Positions 1 to 11,446 of a stretch of DNA of 64,000 nt are shown piece by piece. This stretch comes from Gammaproteobacteria bacterium. Its GTDB lineage: Bacteria > Pseudomonadota > Gammaproteobacteria > Xanthomonadales > Rhodanobacteraceae. The notes under the pieces were generated by a model. That model did not search any database and was not told where the DNA came from. It worked only from the letters and a program-made list of their open reading frames with translations. Every line of letters begins with the position of its first letter. The stretch's first letter is position 1. The position numbers and the translations under genes are program-made. The stretch spans positions 14,282 through 78,281 of the forward strand of contig JAJPJT010000013.1 of NCBI GenBank assembly GCA_021324095.1, read 5' to 3'.

Positions 1-131
1 AGATCCGTGCTCCACGGGCCGGTGCCCAGCAGCACACAGGGATCGCCATACCCGCGGTGCAGGCGGCTCATCAGCGGTGCCAGCAGCAGCATGTCGCCGA
101 GCCGGCCGAAACGGATCACGATGGATTGCAT
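1..131 (-). CDS. glycosyltransferase family 9 (LPS heptosyltransferase-like), N-terminal fragment running off the left edge
   Basis: Reverse-complement reading from ATG at 131 gives MQSIVIRFGRLGDMLLLAPLMSRLHRGYGDPCVLLGTGPWST. This shares the IRFGxxGDMxLLxPL N-terminal motif with the adjacent full-length GT9 ORF. It is absent from the ORF track because there is no stop in the window. Confidence 0.6.
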   Translation of the reverse strand, partial: MQSIVIRFGRLGDMLLLAPLMSRLHRGYGDPCVLLGTGPWSTD

Positions 132-174
132 GGAGAGTTCGTGGTCTTGGTTGCGAAGCGGCTGTTGTGAAAAG

Positions 175-1320
175 TCAGGACAGGGACGTCCGCGGTGGTG
201 TTGATGCCTTGGGGAAGGCGTTATCTTTTGCACCGGCTCCGAACGAAGGAGCGATCAAGGAAGATCGCAAAGGTATTGCCTGCCATGCCGCGATCACCTC
301 ATCCAGCGCGATCTGGTCGACGCGGTTGCGCTCCGGCAATCCGCCCAGCGCCACCACCGGGCTGCCGGTCGGGCTGCGCGGCAGCCACAGCGTCGGAGGT
401 TGCGCGCCATACAGCACGACCAGCGGACAGCCCAGCGCGGCGGCAGCCTGCGCCGGGCCCGTATCGATCGAGATCATCGCGGCGGCGTGCTCGCACAGGG
501 CCAACAGGCGCCGCAGCGGCAATTCGTCACCAGCGGCAAGCACACGCTCGGAATGCACGGCGCCGGCGATCGCGCGCAGCAATGCGGCCTCGGGCGGCGC
601 ACCGCACAGGACCACTTTCACGTCCGGCTGCCGCGCCAGTACCGCGCGGATCAGGGCGGTCCAGTTGGAAAGCGGCCATTGCTTGTCGTCACCGAGCTGT
701 CCCGCGCGTCCGCGCTTGAGCGTGCGCTTGTTGCCGGGTTGCACCAGCACCAGCGGCGCGCTTTCGAATCCGTGTGCCTGCAGCCATTGATGCAGGTCGA
801 TGCGGTCGGCGTGATGGACCACAAGGCATGCGGCATCGGGCGCATCGAGCGGGCTGGCCGGCGGAGCGGATGCGAAGGCCGCGGGAGTCAACGCGCCGAA
901 GCGGTGCCACCGGTCGATCCAGTGCTCGTTTTTGCGCAGCATGCATTCCGGATTGGCGAACACGCAGTGGGTATCGGGAACGGCCGCCTGACGCAGGAGC
1001 CAGCGGATCTTGTCGATCGAATAGTCGTCACACACGTAAACCGGCCCCGGCGGTTGCGCGCGCAGCAACGCAACCAGGTGCCGCTGGGTCGCATCCAGCC
1101 AGTAAGGCCGTTTGCGGCTGGACACCTTCAGCGTCGCGCGCACGTCGGGGTGCCCTGCGAACAAGGGTTCCAGCCAGCCGCCCGAACCCAGCACGCGGCA
1201 CGCCTGCCCGTACCGACGGTGCAGCAGGCGCAGCAGAGGTGTCAACAAAACCATGTCGCCGAAGGCGCCGAAGCGGATCACGAGCGGAGCGGCGGAGGTG
1301 GGCGGCATGGACGGCCTCAC
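175..1320 (-). CDS. glycosyltransferase family 9 (ADP-heptose:LPS heptosyltransferase-like)
   Basis: 381-aa ORF. N-terminal LVIRFGAFGDMVLLTPLLRLL and C-terminal ISIDTGPAQAAAALGCPLVVLYG are GT9 signatures. It lies in tandem with a second GT9 fragment. Confidence 0.8.
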   Translation of the reverse strand: MRPSMPPTSAAPLVIRFGAFGDMVLLTPLLRLLHRRYGQACRVLGSGGWLEPLFAGHPDVRATLKVSSRKRPYWLDATQRHLVALLRAQPPGPVYVCDDYSIDKIRWLLRQAAVPDTHCVFANPECMLRKNEHWIDRWHRFGALTPAAFASAPPASPLDAPDAACLVVHHADRIDLHQWLQAHGFESAPLVLVQPGNKRTLKRGRAGQLGDDKQWPLSNWTALIRAVLARQPDVKVVLCGAPPEAALLRAIAGAVHSERVLAAGDELPLRRLLALCEHAAAMISIDTGPAQAAAALGCPLVVLYGAQPPTLWLPRSPTGSPVVALGGLPERNRVDQIALDEVIAAWQAIPLRSSLIAPSFGAGAKDNAFPKASTPPRTSLS

Positions 1321-1410
1321 GGGCGGCTGGCAAGTTTCGCGGGCGCGCCTGTCGCCGACCTTTCCGGCGGACCCGCTACACTGCGCACGGTAGCGGTTTC
1401 AGGCTTACCG

Positions 1411-3275
<1,865 letters not shown>

Positions 3276-3428
3276 TGCGATCGTCCGTGATCGCTGCAGT
3301 TGGGATGAACCCGATCAGGATACCTCCCAGGTCATGCACATCAGAACGGCCATCCCTGGCCCCCGATCAGAAGCACCTCGGGGGCAGGCTCCGGCTTTTC
3401 ACAACAGCCGCTTCGAACAGACGCCGTG

Positions 3429-4349
3429 ATGACGCGCGCCCGCACCCGCCATTCACGGCCGCGCGCGCTGCTGACCGGCTGGCACGGTTTCACCGGCCGC
3501 TACGTCGCAGCCGAGCTCACAGCCGCCGGTTACGAAGTCATTGGACTCGCGCACGACAGCGATCCGCCCGCGGAGGGTGTGTTGCGCGCCAACCTGCTGG
3601 ACCGTGCGGCCGTGCGCAGCGCCGTCGGCGAAGCGCGCGCAGACGTGGTGGTGCACCTCGCGGCGATTTCGTTCGTGGCGCACGGCGATGCCGACGAGAT
3701 CTATCGCGTCAACGTGGTCGGCACGCGCAACCTGCTCGAAGCACTGGCGGATGCAGGCACCCGACCGCGCAGCGTGGTGCTGGCCAGCAGCGCCAACGTC
3801 TATGGCAACGCCGCGGTCGATCCGATCGACGAATCCACGCCGGCCGCGCCGGCCAATGACTACGCGGTGTCCAAGCTCGCGATGGAATACATGGCGCGGT
3901 TGTGGATCGACCGGCTGCCGATCACGCTGGTGCGGCCGTTCAACTACACCGGCGTGGGGCAAAGCGTAAGTTTCCTGATTCCGAAGATCGTCGCGCACTT
4001 CCGGCGCGGCGCGAAGATCATCGAACTCGGCAACATCGACGTGGCGCGTGACTTTTCGGACGTGCGCGACGTGGCTCGGGTATATGCCGCGATCGTCGCG
4101 AAGGCGCCAGCCGGTGAGACGATCAACATCTGTTCCGGCGTCGCGCACACGCTGGAGCAGGTTATGGAGATGATGGCGAAGATCGCGGGGTACGCGATTG
4201 AGGTGCGGGTCAATCCCGCATTCGTGCGCGCCAGCGAGGTGAAGCGGCTGAGGGGTTCCAACGCGCGCCTGCGCGAACTCACCGGATTTGCGCCCTCGAT
4301 TCCGTTGGAAGATACGCTGCGCTGGATGTATGCGGCACCTTTCAACTGA
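3429..4349 (+). CDS. rmd: GDP-4-keto-6-deoxy-D-mannose reductase (Rmd)-like NAD-dependent epimerase/dehydratase
   Basis: Rossmann N-terminus LLTGWHGFTGRY. The motifs YAVSKLA, VRPFNYTGVGQ, GNIDVARDFSDVRDV and KRLRGSNARLRELTGF parallel Pseudomonas Rmd as I remember it. It lies directly downstream of gmd. The start is ATG 3429 or GTG 3426. Confidence 0.75.
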   Translation: MTRARTRHSRPRALLTGWHGFTGRYVAAELTAAGYEVIGLAHDSDPPAEGVLRANLLDRAAVRSAVGEARADVVVHLAAISFVAHGDADEIYRVNVVGTRNLLEALADAGTRPRSVVLASSANVYGNAAVDPIDESTPAAPANDYAVSKLAMEYMARLWIDRLPITLVRPFNYTGVGQSVSFLIPKIVAHFRRGAKIIELGNIDVARDFSDVRDVARVYAAIVAKAPAGETINICSGVAHTLEQVMEMMAKIAGYAIEVRVNPAFVRASEVKRLRGSNARLRELTGFAPSIPLEDTLRWMYAAPFN

Positions 4350-4392
4350 GGGCGGCCGGCAACGCATTGCAAAGAGGGCACCTGCTGTCTTT

Positions 4393-4523
4393 CTCCTCCA
4401 CCCCCTTCAAGGGGGAGGCTGGGAGGGGATGGGGTGCAACTCGCAATCACCGTCCTACCATTTCGTCCGGTACGGAAACCCATCCCCACCCGGTGCTGCG
4501 CGCCACCCTCCCCAGGGGAGGGC
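4393..4523. repeat. R-family palindromic repeat pair (two inverted copies) between convergent rmd and GT1 genes
   Basis: Copy one is cccccttcaagggggaggctgggaggggatggggtg (4393-4436). The reverse complement of 4481-4523 is gccctcccctggggagggtggcgcgcagcaccgggtggggatg. Same family as 9639-9708, 50847-50881, 52423-52493 and 59056-59175. Confidence 0.75.
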
Positions 4524-4546
4524 TTGATGGTGTTCGCGCAAGGTGA

Positions 4547-5542
4547 TTATTTTGCCGTCACGAGCGAGCGGATGGCTTCGGCAACGTGTGACCGAAATGC
4601 ACGATCGTTATCCTCGAACCACGCGCGCGCGACCGCACCCATGCGTTCGAGCTCCGCATCGGGGGTCGCCAGCAGGCGTTCGATCGCGGCTTCCAGCGCG
4701 GCTTCATCGTAAAAGTATGTTGTCGCGAGACTTTGCCGGCCGGTACGCGAGAACGGCACCAGTGCGCCACGCTCCGGCGTAATCATCTCGTTCATGGGCG
4801 GCGCGTCCAGTGTCACGACCACCGCACCGACGCCCATCGCTTCCACCAGGTAATGGCCGAAGCCCTCGGTTTCGGACGGGCAAAGATGAAAGCGGTGCGC
4901 GTTCTGGATGCGCTTCAATTCATCGTCGGGAATGTAATCGGCGCGGTGCGCGACGTTGGGCGCGCTCACCAGGGCTCGGGTCACGCGCGGGCTTTGCAGC
5001 ACCGTGAGCCGCGGCCATTCCGGATGTTTGCGCCAGGTCACCAGCAAGGTGTCCGTGCCCTTGTTGGAACTGCGCCCGGCGAGGTGGAAGAACGCCCGCT
5101 CGCGCGGCACGCCTGCGTCGAGGCGATCCTCGCTGGTGAAGCCCGTGTAATCCACCCGCAAGCCCAGCGACTCGAAAATCGGGACGGCGTGCCGCGTCAG
5201 CGCGAACACCCGATCGAGGCGCGGCAGCCAGGCGCGGTCGCGTTCGTCGAACCATTCGGGATGCGGGATCAGGACGTTGCGCCGCGCGGTCGGAAGGTAC
5301 TCTGGACGGATGCGCTCCAGCATCAGGTTCACGTCCCAGCGCGGCGCGCTACGGCCGGCGAGCCGCCGCGCCAGCGTGCTGGTGCGGAGCTTCAGCGGAT
5401 GCAGCGCCTTGCGCAGCGCGCCGCGGCGGATGCCGCTGACCGACACTTCGAAATCCGCTCCCTTCAAAGCGCCCTCCAGCAAGTGCAGGTGGCGCGAGAG
5501 GCCAAACCCGTTGTCGCGCGCGATCAGGTTCACGCGGATCAT
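4547..5542 (-). CDS. glycosyltransferase (GT-B, family 1/4-like), paralog 1
   Basis: The start is taken at MIRVNLIARDNGFGLSRHL, since the upstream Arg-rich extension is implausible. It carries the E-x7-E-type motif FHLCPSETEGFGHYLVEAMGVGAVVVTLDAPPMNEMI. The ATG overlaps the stop of the upstream paralog (ATGA at 5539-5542). Confidence 0.75.
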   Translation of the reverse strand: MIRVNLIARDNGFGLSRHLHLLEGALKGADFEVSVSGIRRGALRKALHPLKLRTSTLARRLAGRSAPRWDVNLMLERIRPEYLPTARRNVLIPHPEWFDERDRAWLPRLDRVFALTRHAVPIFESLGLRVDYTGFTSEDRLDAGVPRERAFFHLAGRSSNKGTDTLLVTWRKHPEWPRLTVLQSPRVTRALVSAPNVAHRADYIPDDELKRIQNAHRFHLCPSETEGFGHYLVEAMGVGAVVVTLDAPPMNEMITPERGALVPFSRTGRQSLATTYFYDEAALEAAIERLLATPDAELERMGAVARAWFEDNDRAFRSHVAEAIRSLVTAK

Positions 5543-6597
5543 GGGCGCGCCTCGGCCAAGAGCGCACGCAAAGCGGCATCCAGCCGGCCGGGCAGCGCCG
5601 CGCGCTCCGACTGGTACCACGCGCGCGCGGCGGCGCCGAGCGCATCGCAACGTGCATCGTCGAAATCCAGTGCTTCCCGTACCGCCGATTCCATCGCAGC
5701 GTTGTCAAAGAAATAAGTCGTGGCGAGGTGCTGGGTGCCGGTGCGTGAGTACGGAACCAGCACGCCGCGCGCGGGCGTGATCATTTCATTCATCGGCGGC
5801 GCATCCAGCGTGATGACGACGGCGCCGACGCTCATCGCCTCCACGATGTAGTGGCCGAAGCCTTCGGTTTCGGACGGACACAAGTGGAAGCGGTGCGCGT
5901 TCTGCAGGCGCTTCAGTTCGGCTTCGTCGAGATAGCCGACGCGATGATCGACGTTGGGCGCAGGCGCGTTCGATTTGGCCTCGCCCGGATGCTGCACGAC
6001 GGTGAGCCGCGGCCATTCGGGATGCCGGCGCCACAATGCCAGCAGCGGCTCGGTGTTCTTGGTGCGGCTCGATCCCGCGAGGTGGAAGAACGCGCGCTCG
6101 CGCGGCACCGAAGTATCACGCCGGTCATCACTCGTGAAACCGATGCAGACCGCGCGACAGCCACGTGCGGCGAAAATGCGCTCGGCCTCGCGCGTCTTGG
6201 TGAGGACCAGGTCGATCCGGTTCAGCGCTTCCAGGTCGCGCGGCAGGAACCATTCCGGGTGCGGCAGCAACACGCGGCGCGGCGCGTCGTCGAGGAACGC
6301 CGGCGCGATGTGTTCTTCCATCAGCACGAAGTCGTAGGGCGGCGGCAATCCCCGGCGGTGGCAGCGCGCGAGCCGCGCCGCGTGGCGCTTGCCGCGCCAT
6401 CGTTGGAGCAGTCCAGGAATCCCGCCGCGCCGACGCGTGTTGGTGAAATCGACGGCGTAGCCTCGCGCGCGCAAGGTTTCGTCGAGCAGGCGCAGGTCGC
6501 GCGTGAGGCCGACCCCATTGTCGAAGCCCAGCAGGTGCACCGAAAGCGGTGCCGATTCAGTCGTCGTCGGGTTCATACGCGCCGAATTGTCCCGCAT
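5539..6597 (-). CDS. glycosyltransferase (GT-B, family 1/4-like), paralog 2
   Basis: Its sequence is collinear with the neighbouring GT (FHLCPSETEGFGHYIVEAMSVGAVVITLDAPPMNEMITPARGVLVPY). The start is at MRDNSARMNPTT (6597) or MNPTT (6576). It overlaps the 3' end of the GT39 gene. Confidence 0.75.
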   Translation of the reverse strand: MRDNSARMNPTTTESAPLSVHLLGFDNGVGLTRDLRLLDETLRARGYAVDFTNTRRRGGIPGLLQRWRGKRHAARLARCHRRGLPPPYDFVLMEEHIAPAFLDDAPRRVLLPHPEWFLPRDLEALNRIDLVLTKTREAERIFAARGCRAVCIGFTSDDRRDTSVPRERAFFHLAGSSRTKNTEPLLALWRRHPEWPRLTVVQHPGEAKSNAPAPNVDHRVGYLDEAELKRLQNAHRFHLCPSETEGFGHYIVEAMSVGAVVITLDAPPMNEMITPARGVLVPYSRTGTQHLATTYFFDNAAMESAVREALDFDDARCDALGAAARAWYQSERAALPGRLDAALRALLAEARP

Positions 6598-8314
6598 CGT
6601 CGCTTCGTGGCGGAATGCAGCCCGGCACCACCGCGCTGCGGTTGAACAGGTACCACTCGCGGCGGTTGGCGTGCCCCGCGTGGATCGCGTCGCGGATGCG
6701 CACGCACGGCGCCAGCACCTTGCCGTACGCGAAGATCCAGCGATGGGCGGGATCGGCCGCCTGCCATTGAAGTGCCTCGCGCAACTGGTCGTGCCACGCG
6801 AGCCTGTAGCCGAAGTTGACGGTGTTGCGGCCCAGCACATCGAGCATCAGCAGGTTTTGTTCCTTCCACGCCACCAGCGCGATGGTGTCGTCGCGCGGCA
6901 CCAGGCTCGCGGTGCGTTCCATGACGGTGCGCGAAGACGAATAGCCGTTGAGCAGCGGGTAGCCGACCAGGCCCCACGTGCCCCACGCCACCAGCGCGAA
7001 CGCACACCAGCCCCAGGCCGCGTGCCGTGGCCGCGCGGCGAGTGCGATCACGACGCCCGCGGCGCCGATGCCGAGAATCATCCCGATCAGCGGTTGCGGC
7101 GAGCCGTCCAGCGCCGATGTGGCGAGTGCGGTGAGCTTGTGCAGGTGGCCGGCGTGCATCCCGATGCCGCTGGTGAGCAGCACCAGCGCGAGCAGCAGGG
7201 TCAATCCCCACAACGCGCCGCGGAACGGGGCCGAGCGCAGGATGCCCGGCAGCAGCGGCGCGAGCGCGAGCGCGGTGACCGGCAGCGCGGGCAGGATGTA
7301 CACGTCGCGCTTGCCGCCGCTGGCCGAAAAGAAGATCACCACCAGCACCACCCAGGCCAGCGGCAACAGCGTGCGCGCGTCGCGTGCACGGAAATGGCGG
7401 ATCCAGCCGGGGATCGCCCAATAGATGGCCAGTGACAGCGGCAGCCACTCGAACACGATCACCGGCACATAGGACCACCACGGATGGATGTGGTGCGCAG
7501 GTTCGGCGTAACGCGAGACGGTTTGCCCCAGCAGGATGTCGTGTGCGTAGCGCGCATACGCCGCGTCGCCCGCGTGCACGTGCAGTGTGAACCACAACAT
7601 CGGCAGCGCCCAGCCGAGGATCGGCACGAAGAACAGCAGGGCCAGCCACCAGCGCGGCTCCCAATGCTGGGCGGGCAAGACATGATTCCAGCCGCGCCCG
7701 CGCGCGAACCAGAACGGCAGGAACACCAGCAGCGCCAGCACGCCGACGCCCTTGGTGATCACGCCCAGGCCGGCCGCGAGAAAGCCGATCGCGTACCAGC
7801 GCCATGCGGGGCCGAGCAGCAGGTGCCGGAGCAGTCCGTACACGGCGAGCATGATCCAGAACACTTCCACGCCGTCGATCTGCGCGGCGCGCATCTGGTA
7901 GGTGAAATCGAAACTCACCAGCACCGCCGCGGCGGCGATCAACGCCGCGTGGTGGCTCCACTGTCGGCGCACGAAGTCGTACACCAGTGCGATCGTTCCG
8001 AGGCCGGCCAGCAGCGAGGGCAGCAGGAACCAGCCGCGCCAGCCGTGCGTGATCACGTACGCGCAGGCTTCGAGCCACATGAACATCGGCGGCTTGTCGG
8101 AATAGAGTTCGATGCCGCGATGCGGGAACAGCCAGTGACCGCTCGCGAGCATCTCGCGCGCCACCAGCGCGAAGCGCGGTTCGTCGGAGGGCCATGGATC
8201 GCGCAGACCGATCCCGAGCCCGAGCAGCAGCACCGCGAACGCGAACAGCAGCGCGAGCTGCACGCGTTCGTCTTCAAACGAGTGGCGTGTGTCGGAAGTC
8301 GGCTCGGTCGTCAC
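6557..8314 (-). CDS. ArnT/PMT-like membrane glycosyltransferase (GT39/GT83 type)
   Basis: 585 aa and polytopic. The N-terminal LRDPWPSDEPRFALVAREMLASGHWLFPHRGIELYSDKPPMFMWL is the typical first periplasmic loop of undecaprenyl/dolichyl-phosphate-sugar dependent transferases. GTG start at 8314. Confidence 0.75.
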   Translation of the reverse strand: MTTEPTSDTRHSFEDERVQLALLFAFAVLLLGLGIGLRDPWPSDEPRFALVAREMLASGHWLFPHRGIELYSDKPPMFMWLEACAYVITHGWRGWFLLPSLLAGLGTIALVYDFVRRQWSHHAALIAAAAVLVSFDFTYQMRAAQIDGVEVFWIMLAVYGLLRHLLLGPAWRWYAIGFLAAGLGVITKGVGVLALLVFLPFWFARGRGWNHVLPAQHWEPRWWLALLFFVPILGWALPMLWFTLHVHAGDAAYARYAHDILLGQTVSRYAEPAHHIHPWWSYVPVIVFEWLPLSLAIYWAIPGWIRHFRARDARTLLPLAWVVLVVIFFSASGGKRDVYILPALPVTALALAPLLPGILRSAPFRGALWGLTLLLALVLLTSGIGMHAGHLHKLTALATSALDGSPQPLIGMILGIGAAGVVIALAARPRHAAWGWCAFALVAWGTWGLVGYPLLNGYSSSRTVMERTASLVPRDDTIALVAWKEQNLLMLDVLGRNTVNFGYRLAWHDQLREALQWQAADPAHRWIFAYGKVLAPCVRIRDAIHAGHANRREWYLFNRSAVVPGCIPPRSDDAGQFGAYEPDDD

Positions 8315-8338
8315 GACGGGATTGTATGCGCGGTCAGC

Positions 8339-9634
8339 TCATGCCTTTTGCAGCACCGCGTAATACATGCCGTCGAGGCCGCCTTCGCCCGGCAGGATCT
8401 GCCAGCCGGCGCCGGCGCGATGGCCCGCGGGAAGTTCGAACGCTTGCGTTTCGGCATCCACATGCGCCGAGACGAATGCCGCGATCACCTGCTCGTTTTC
8501 TTCGCGCAGGATCGAGCACGTCGCGTACACCAGCCGGCCGCCGGATGCGAGCAACGGCCACAGCGCCGCGAGCAGGCGGCGCTGCTCCCGCACGAGCGGT
8601 GCGATGTCACTGGCACGCCGATGCAATTTGATGTCGGGGTGACGGCGGATCACGCCGGTGGCCGAACACGGCGCGTCGAGGAGGATGCGGCCGAAAGGTT
8701 TGCCATCCCACCACGTCGAAGGTTTGCCTGCATCACCGGTTCTCACCTCGCAGCGCAGGCCGAGCCGGTGCAGATTGTCGTCGATGGACGCGGCGCGGAC
8801 GTGGTCGCGCTCCAGCGCCAGCACGTCCGGGTCGGCGCGCTCCAGCATGTGACCGGTCTTGCCGCCCGGCGCGGCGCAGGCGTCGAGCACGCGCAGGCCG
8901 TCGCGAAGGTCCAGCAGGTCGGCGGCGCATTGCGCGGCGCCGTCCTGCACGGAAAAATTACCCTGGGCAAAGCCCGGCAGGCGGGCGAGGTCGCTATGCG
9001 AGGCGAGGGTGATCGCGTCGCGAAGCCATGGATGCGGTTGGGCTGCAATCCCGGCTTCAGCGAGTTCGGCGATCACGTCGTCGCGCGCGGACCGACGCGC
9101 GTTCACGCGCGACATGGGCGGCGCAACAATGTTGTTCGCGGCGAGGATCGCCGCATCGTGTTCAGGCCAGTCGCGGGTGAGCGCGTCGATCAGCCAGTGC
9201 GGATGCGCGCTGGCTGTTTCCGGCCGTGCATCCAGTTGGCGGTTGCGGGCGTCGCGTTCGCGCAACCAGCGCCGCAGCACCGCATTCACCAGCTTGGCGA
9301 AGCCGCCACGCCCCAGTGCACGCGTGGCATCCACCGTGGCCGCGACCGCCGCGTGCGGTGGCAGCTTCAGGATTTCGAGCTGCACCATCCCCAGCACCAA
9401 CAGCGCGTGCAGCGCGGGCTCGCGTTTGCGCAGCGGTTGTTGCAGCAAATCCTCCTGAGCCTTGTCGAAGCGCAGCCACCAACGCGCCCCTTCGCTGCAC
9501 AACGCGGTCAGGAAGGCGCGGTCGCGGGGGTCGCCCAGCGTTTCTTGCGCGGACTTCAATCTCTCGCGCAGCGAAGCGCCTTTCAGCGCCACGTCGGCAA
9601 GCGCTCCCGCCGCGAGGGCGCGCGTGTCTTGCAC
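8339..9634 (-). CDS. rsmB: 16S rRNA (cytosine967-C5)-methyltransferase
   Basis: NusB-like N-terminal domain plus the SAM MTase motif LDACAAPGGKT and the catalytic LLDAPCSATGVIRRHPDIK. Preferred start is GTG 9634 (VQDTRALAAG), because the ORF-track N-terminus (to 9682) is encoded by a repeat element. Confidence 0.9.
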   Translation of the reverse strand: MQDTRALAAGALADVALKGASLRERLKSAQETLGDPRDRAFLTALCSEGARWWLRFDKAQEDLLQQPLRKREPALHALLVLGMVQLEILKLPPHAAVAATVDATRALGRGGFAKLVNAVLRRWLRERDARNRQLDARPETASAHPHWLIDALTRDWPEHDAAILAANNIVAPPMSRVNARRSARDDVIAELAEAGIAAQPHPWLRDAITLASHSDLARLPGFAQGNFSVQDGAAQCAADLLDLRDGLRVLDACAAPGGKTGHMLERADPDVLALERDHVRAASIDDNLHRLGLRCEVRTGDAGKPSTWWDGKPFGRILLDAPCSATGVIRRHPDIKLHRRASDIAPLVREQRRLLAALWPLLASGGRLVYATCSILREENEQVIAAFVSAHVDAETQAFELPAGHRAGAGWQILPGEGGLDGMYYAVLQKA

Positions 9635-9638
9635 CTCA

Positions 9639-9708
9639 GCCCCCCTCACCCCAACCCTCTCCCCCGGGAGAGAGGGAGACAAGCGCAGCGCTTGACGGGT
9701 GAAGGGGG
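9639..9708. repeat. R-family palindromic repeat in the fmt-rsmB intergenic region
   Basis: ccccctcaccccaaccctctcccccgggagagagggagacaagcgcagcgcttgacgggtgaaggggg. Its reverse complement is nearly identical to 52423-52493. Confidence 0.8.
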
Positions 9709-9715
9709 ATTGTCT

Positions 9716-10738
9716 TCATCGGCGCAGTGATGGCCGGGCATTGAGGTAATCCGCGGCGCCGATCACGCGCCCGCCCGCGCGTTGCAATTTAAGAATGCGC
9801 AACACGCCTTGGCCGCAAGCGATATCGATGCCGTATTTCGACGCAGCGAGAATCTTGCCAGGCTTTTCCGAGTCCCCAGAAACTCGCCGCTCCTGCGGCT
9901 CGACCTTCGGGCCATCGGCTTCGCCGATGTTCGCTCCGGCATCCTGCCCCCGCAGCCCGAGTCCCGAGTCCCGCACTTCTGCGGCCCACACCCGCACGCG
10001 CTCGCCCGTCAATTCCGCCTCGGCCACCGGCCACGGATCGAACGCGCGCACCTTGCGCTCGAGTTCGACGGCGGATCGCGTGAAATCGAGCATGGCCTCG
10101 GCCTTGTCCAGCTTGTGCGCGTAGGTGACGCCGACGTCGGCTTGCGGGGTTTCCGGCAGGGTTTCGCCGGCCGAGAGGCGACCCAATCCCGCCGCCAGCA
10201 GACGCTCACCCGTGCCCGCCAGCCGATCGTGCAGCGAACCGCCGGTATCACGGGGCCGGATCGGTGTCGATTCCGAAAGCAGCACCGGTCCCGTGTCGAG
10301 GCCGGCCTCCATCCGCATCAGGCACACGCCGGTTTCGGCATCACCGGCGAGGATCGCGCGCTGGATCGGTGCCGCGCCGCGCCAGCGCGGCAGCAGTGAT
10401 GCGTGCACGTTCCAGCAACCCAGGCGCGGAATCGCCAGTACCTCGCGTGGCAGGATCAACCCGTAAGCGATCACCACCATCAGGTCGGGCGCGTAATCCC
10501 GCAGCCTTGCCTGAACCTCGGAAGTCTTCAACGATACCGGCTGTTCGATGGGAATGCCTGCCGCCAGCGCAGCGCGTTTGACCGGACTTTCGCTGAGCTT
10601 GCGGCCGCGTCCCGCCAGACGGTCGGGCTGCGTGTACACCGCGACCAGGTCCGCATCGGCGGCAAGGCAGGCGTACAAGCCCGGCACCGCGAAATCCGGC
10701 GTGCCGGCAAACACCAGCCGCAGGCGCGGGGCCGCCAT
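9716..10738 (-). CDS. fmt: methionyl-tRNA formyltransferase (with an extra ~30-aa insert in the C-terminal domain)
   Basis: 340 aa. [13 protein letters not shown], the [16 protein letters not shown] motif and the C-terminal YLNARP are present. It lies downstream of def. Confidence 0.95.
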   Translation of the reverse strand: MAAPRLRLVFAGTPDFAVPGLYACLAADADLVAVYTQPDRLAGRGRKLSESPVKRAALAAGIPIEQPVSLKTSEVQARLRDYAPDLMVVIAYGLILPREVLAIPRLGCWNVHASLLPRWRGAAPIQRAILAGDAETGVCLMRMEAGLDTGPVLLSESTPIRPRDTGGSLHDRLAGTGERLLAAGLGRLSAGETLPETPQADVGVTYAHKLDKAEAMLDFTRSAVELERKVRAFDPWPVAEAELTGERVRVWAAEVRDSGLGLRGQDAGANIGEADGPKVEPQERRVSGDSEKPGKILAASKYGIDIACGQGVLRILKLQRAGGRVIGAADYLNARPSLRR

Positions 10739-10745
10739 GGGCGGG

Positions 10746-11249
10746 TCAGCCCGCTTTGCGCCGCTGCTTTTCGAGCTTGCGCAGCAGCAGGGAGCGTTTC
10801 AGCGGCGACAGGTAATCGACGAAGACCTTGCCGACGAGGTGGTCCATCTCGTGCTGGATGCACACCGCGAGCAGCCCGTCGGTCTCGAGCTCGAACAATT
10901 TGCCGCTGACGTCCTGAGCCTTCACGCGGACCCACTCCTTGCGCTGCACGTCGGCAAACACGCCGGGGAACGACAGGCAGCCTTCCTGGCAAACCTCGGA
11001 GCCGCGCGAGTCCAGCAGTTCGGGATTGACCAGCACCAGCGGCGCGTCGTGGGCTTCCGACACGTCGACCACGAGGAGGCGCTTCGGGGCGTTCACCTGG
11101 GTTGCGGCCAGTCCTATGCCGGGCGCGGCGTACATGGTTTCCAGCATGTCGTCCGCGAGCTTTTTCAGCGCCGCATCAAAAGCCTCGACCGGCAGCGCGT
11201 TCAGGCGCAGGCGCGGATCGGGGAATTCCAGGATGTCGAGTTTGGCCAT
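10746..11249 (-). CDS. def: peptide deformylase
   Basis: 167 aa carrying the [16 protein letters not shown] and QHEMDHL metal-binding motifs. Confidence 0.95.
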   Translation of the reverse strand: MAKLDILEFPDPRLRLNALPVEAFDAALKKLADDMLETMYAAPGIGLAATQVNAPKRLLVVDVSEAHDAPLVLVNPELLDSRGSEVCQEGCLSFPGVFADVQRKEWVRVKAQDVSGKLFELETDGLLAVCIQHEMDHLVGKVFVDYLSPLKRSLLLRKLEKQRRKAG

Positions 11250-11446
11250 GGCTGGGGCGGATCGGAGACTGAAGGAAAGGTGGGGGCACCGACGGCCAAT
11301 TTCATGTCCCGGCTAGCGTATCAGCGCTCCGCGCGGACTTTGCGGTTTTGAACACCGCGTCACCAAATGTGAAATATTCGCTTGCCGGCGCCGGCCATTC
11401 GGGTACACTCGGCCGAAATTCGTGGGGGATCGGGGGATTGCCGGTC

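Noticed and set aside
400-1410. N-terminal 337 codons of the 614-aa ORF 400..2244
   Set aside because: This part is antisense to the GT9 gene and has junk composition. The recognisable GT2 domain begins only at the ATG at 1411.
8339-9682. Full-length ORF-track version of rsmB starting MSPSLPGERVGVRG
   Set aside because: The first 16 codons are the translation of the R-family palindromic repeat. GTG 9634, with an upstream G-rich SD, gives an N-terminus that aligns with RsmB.
7484-9730. 748-aa plus-strand ORF
   Set aside because: It is antisense to the GT39 gene and rsmB. Its composition is Arg/Gln/His-rich and I see no motif. It is a GC-driven shadow ORF.
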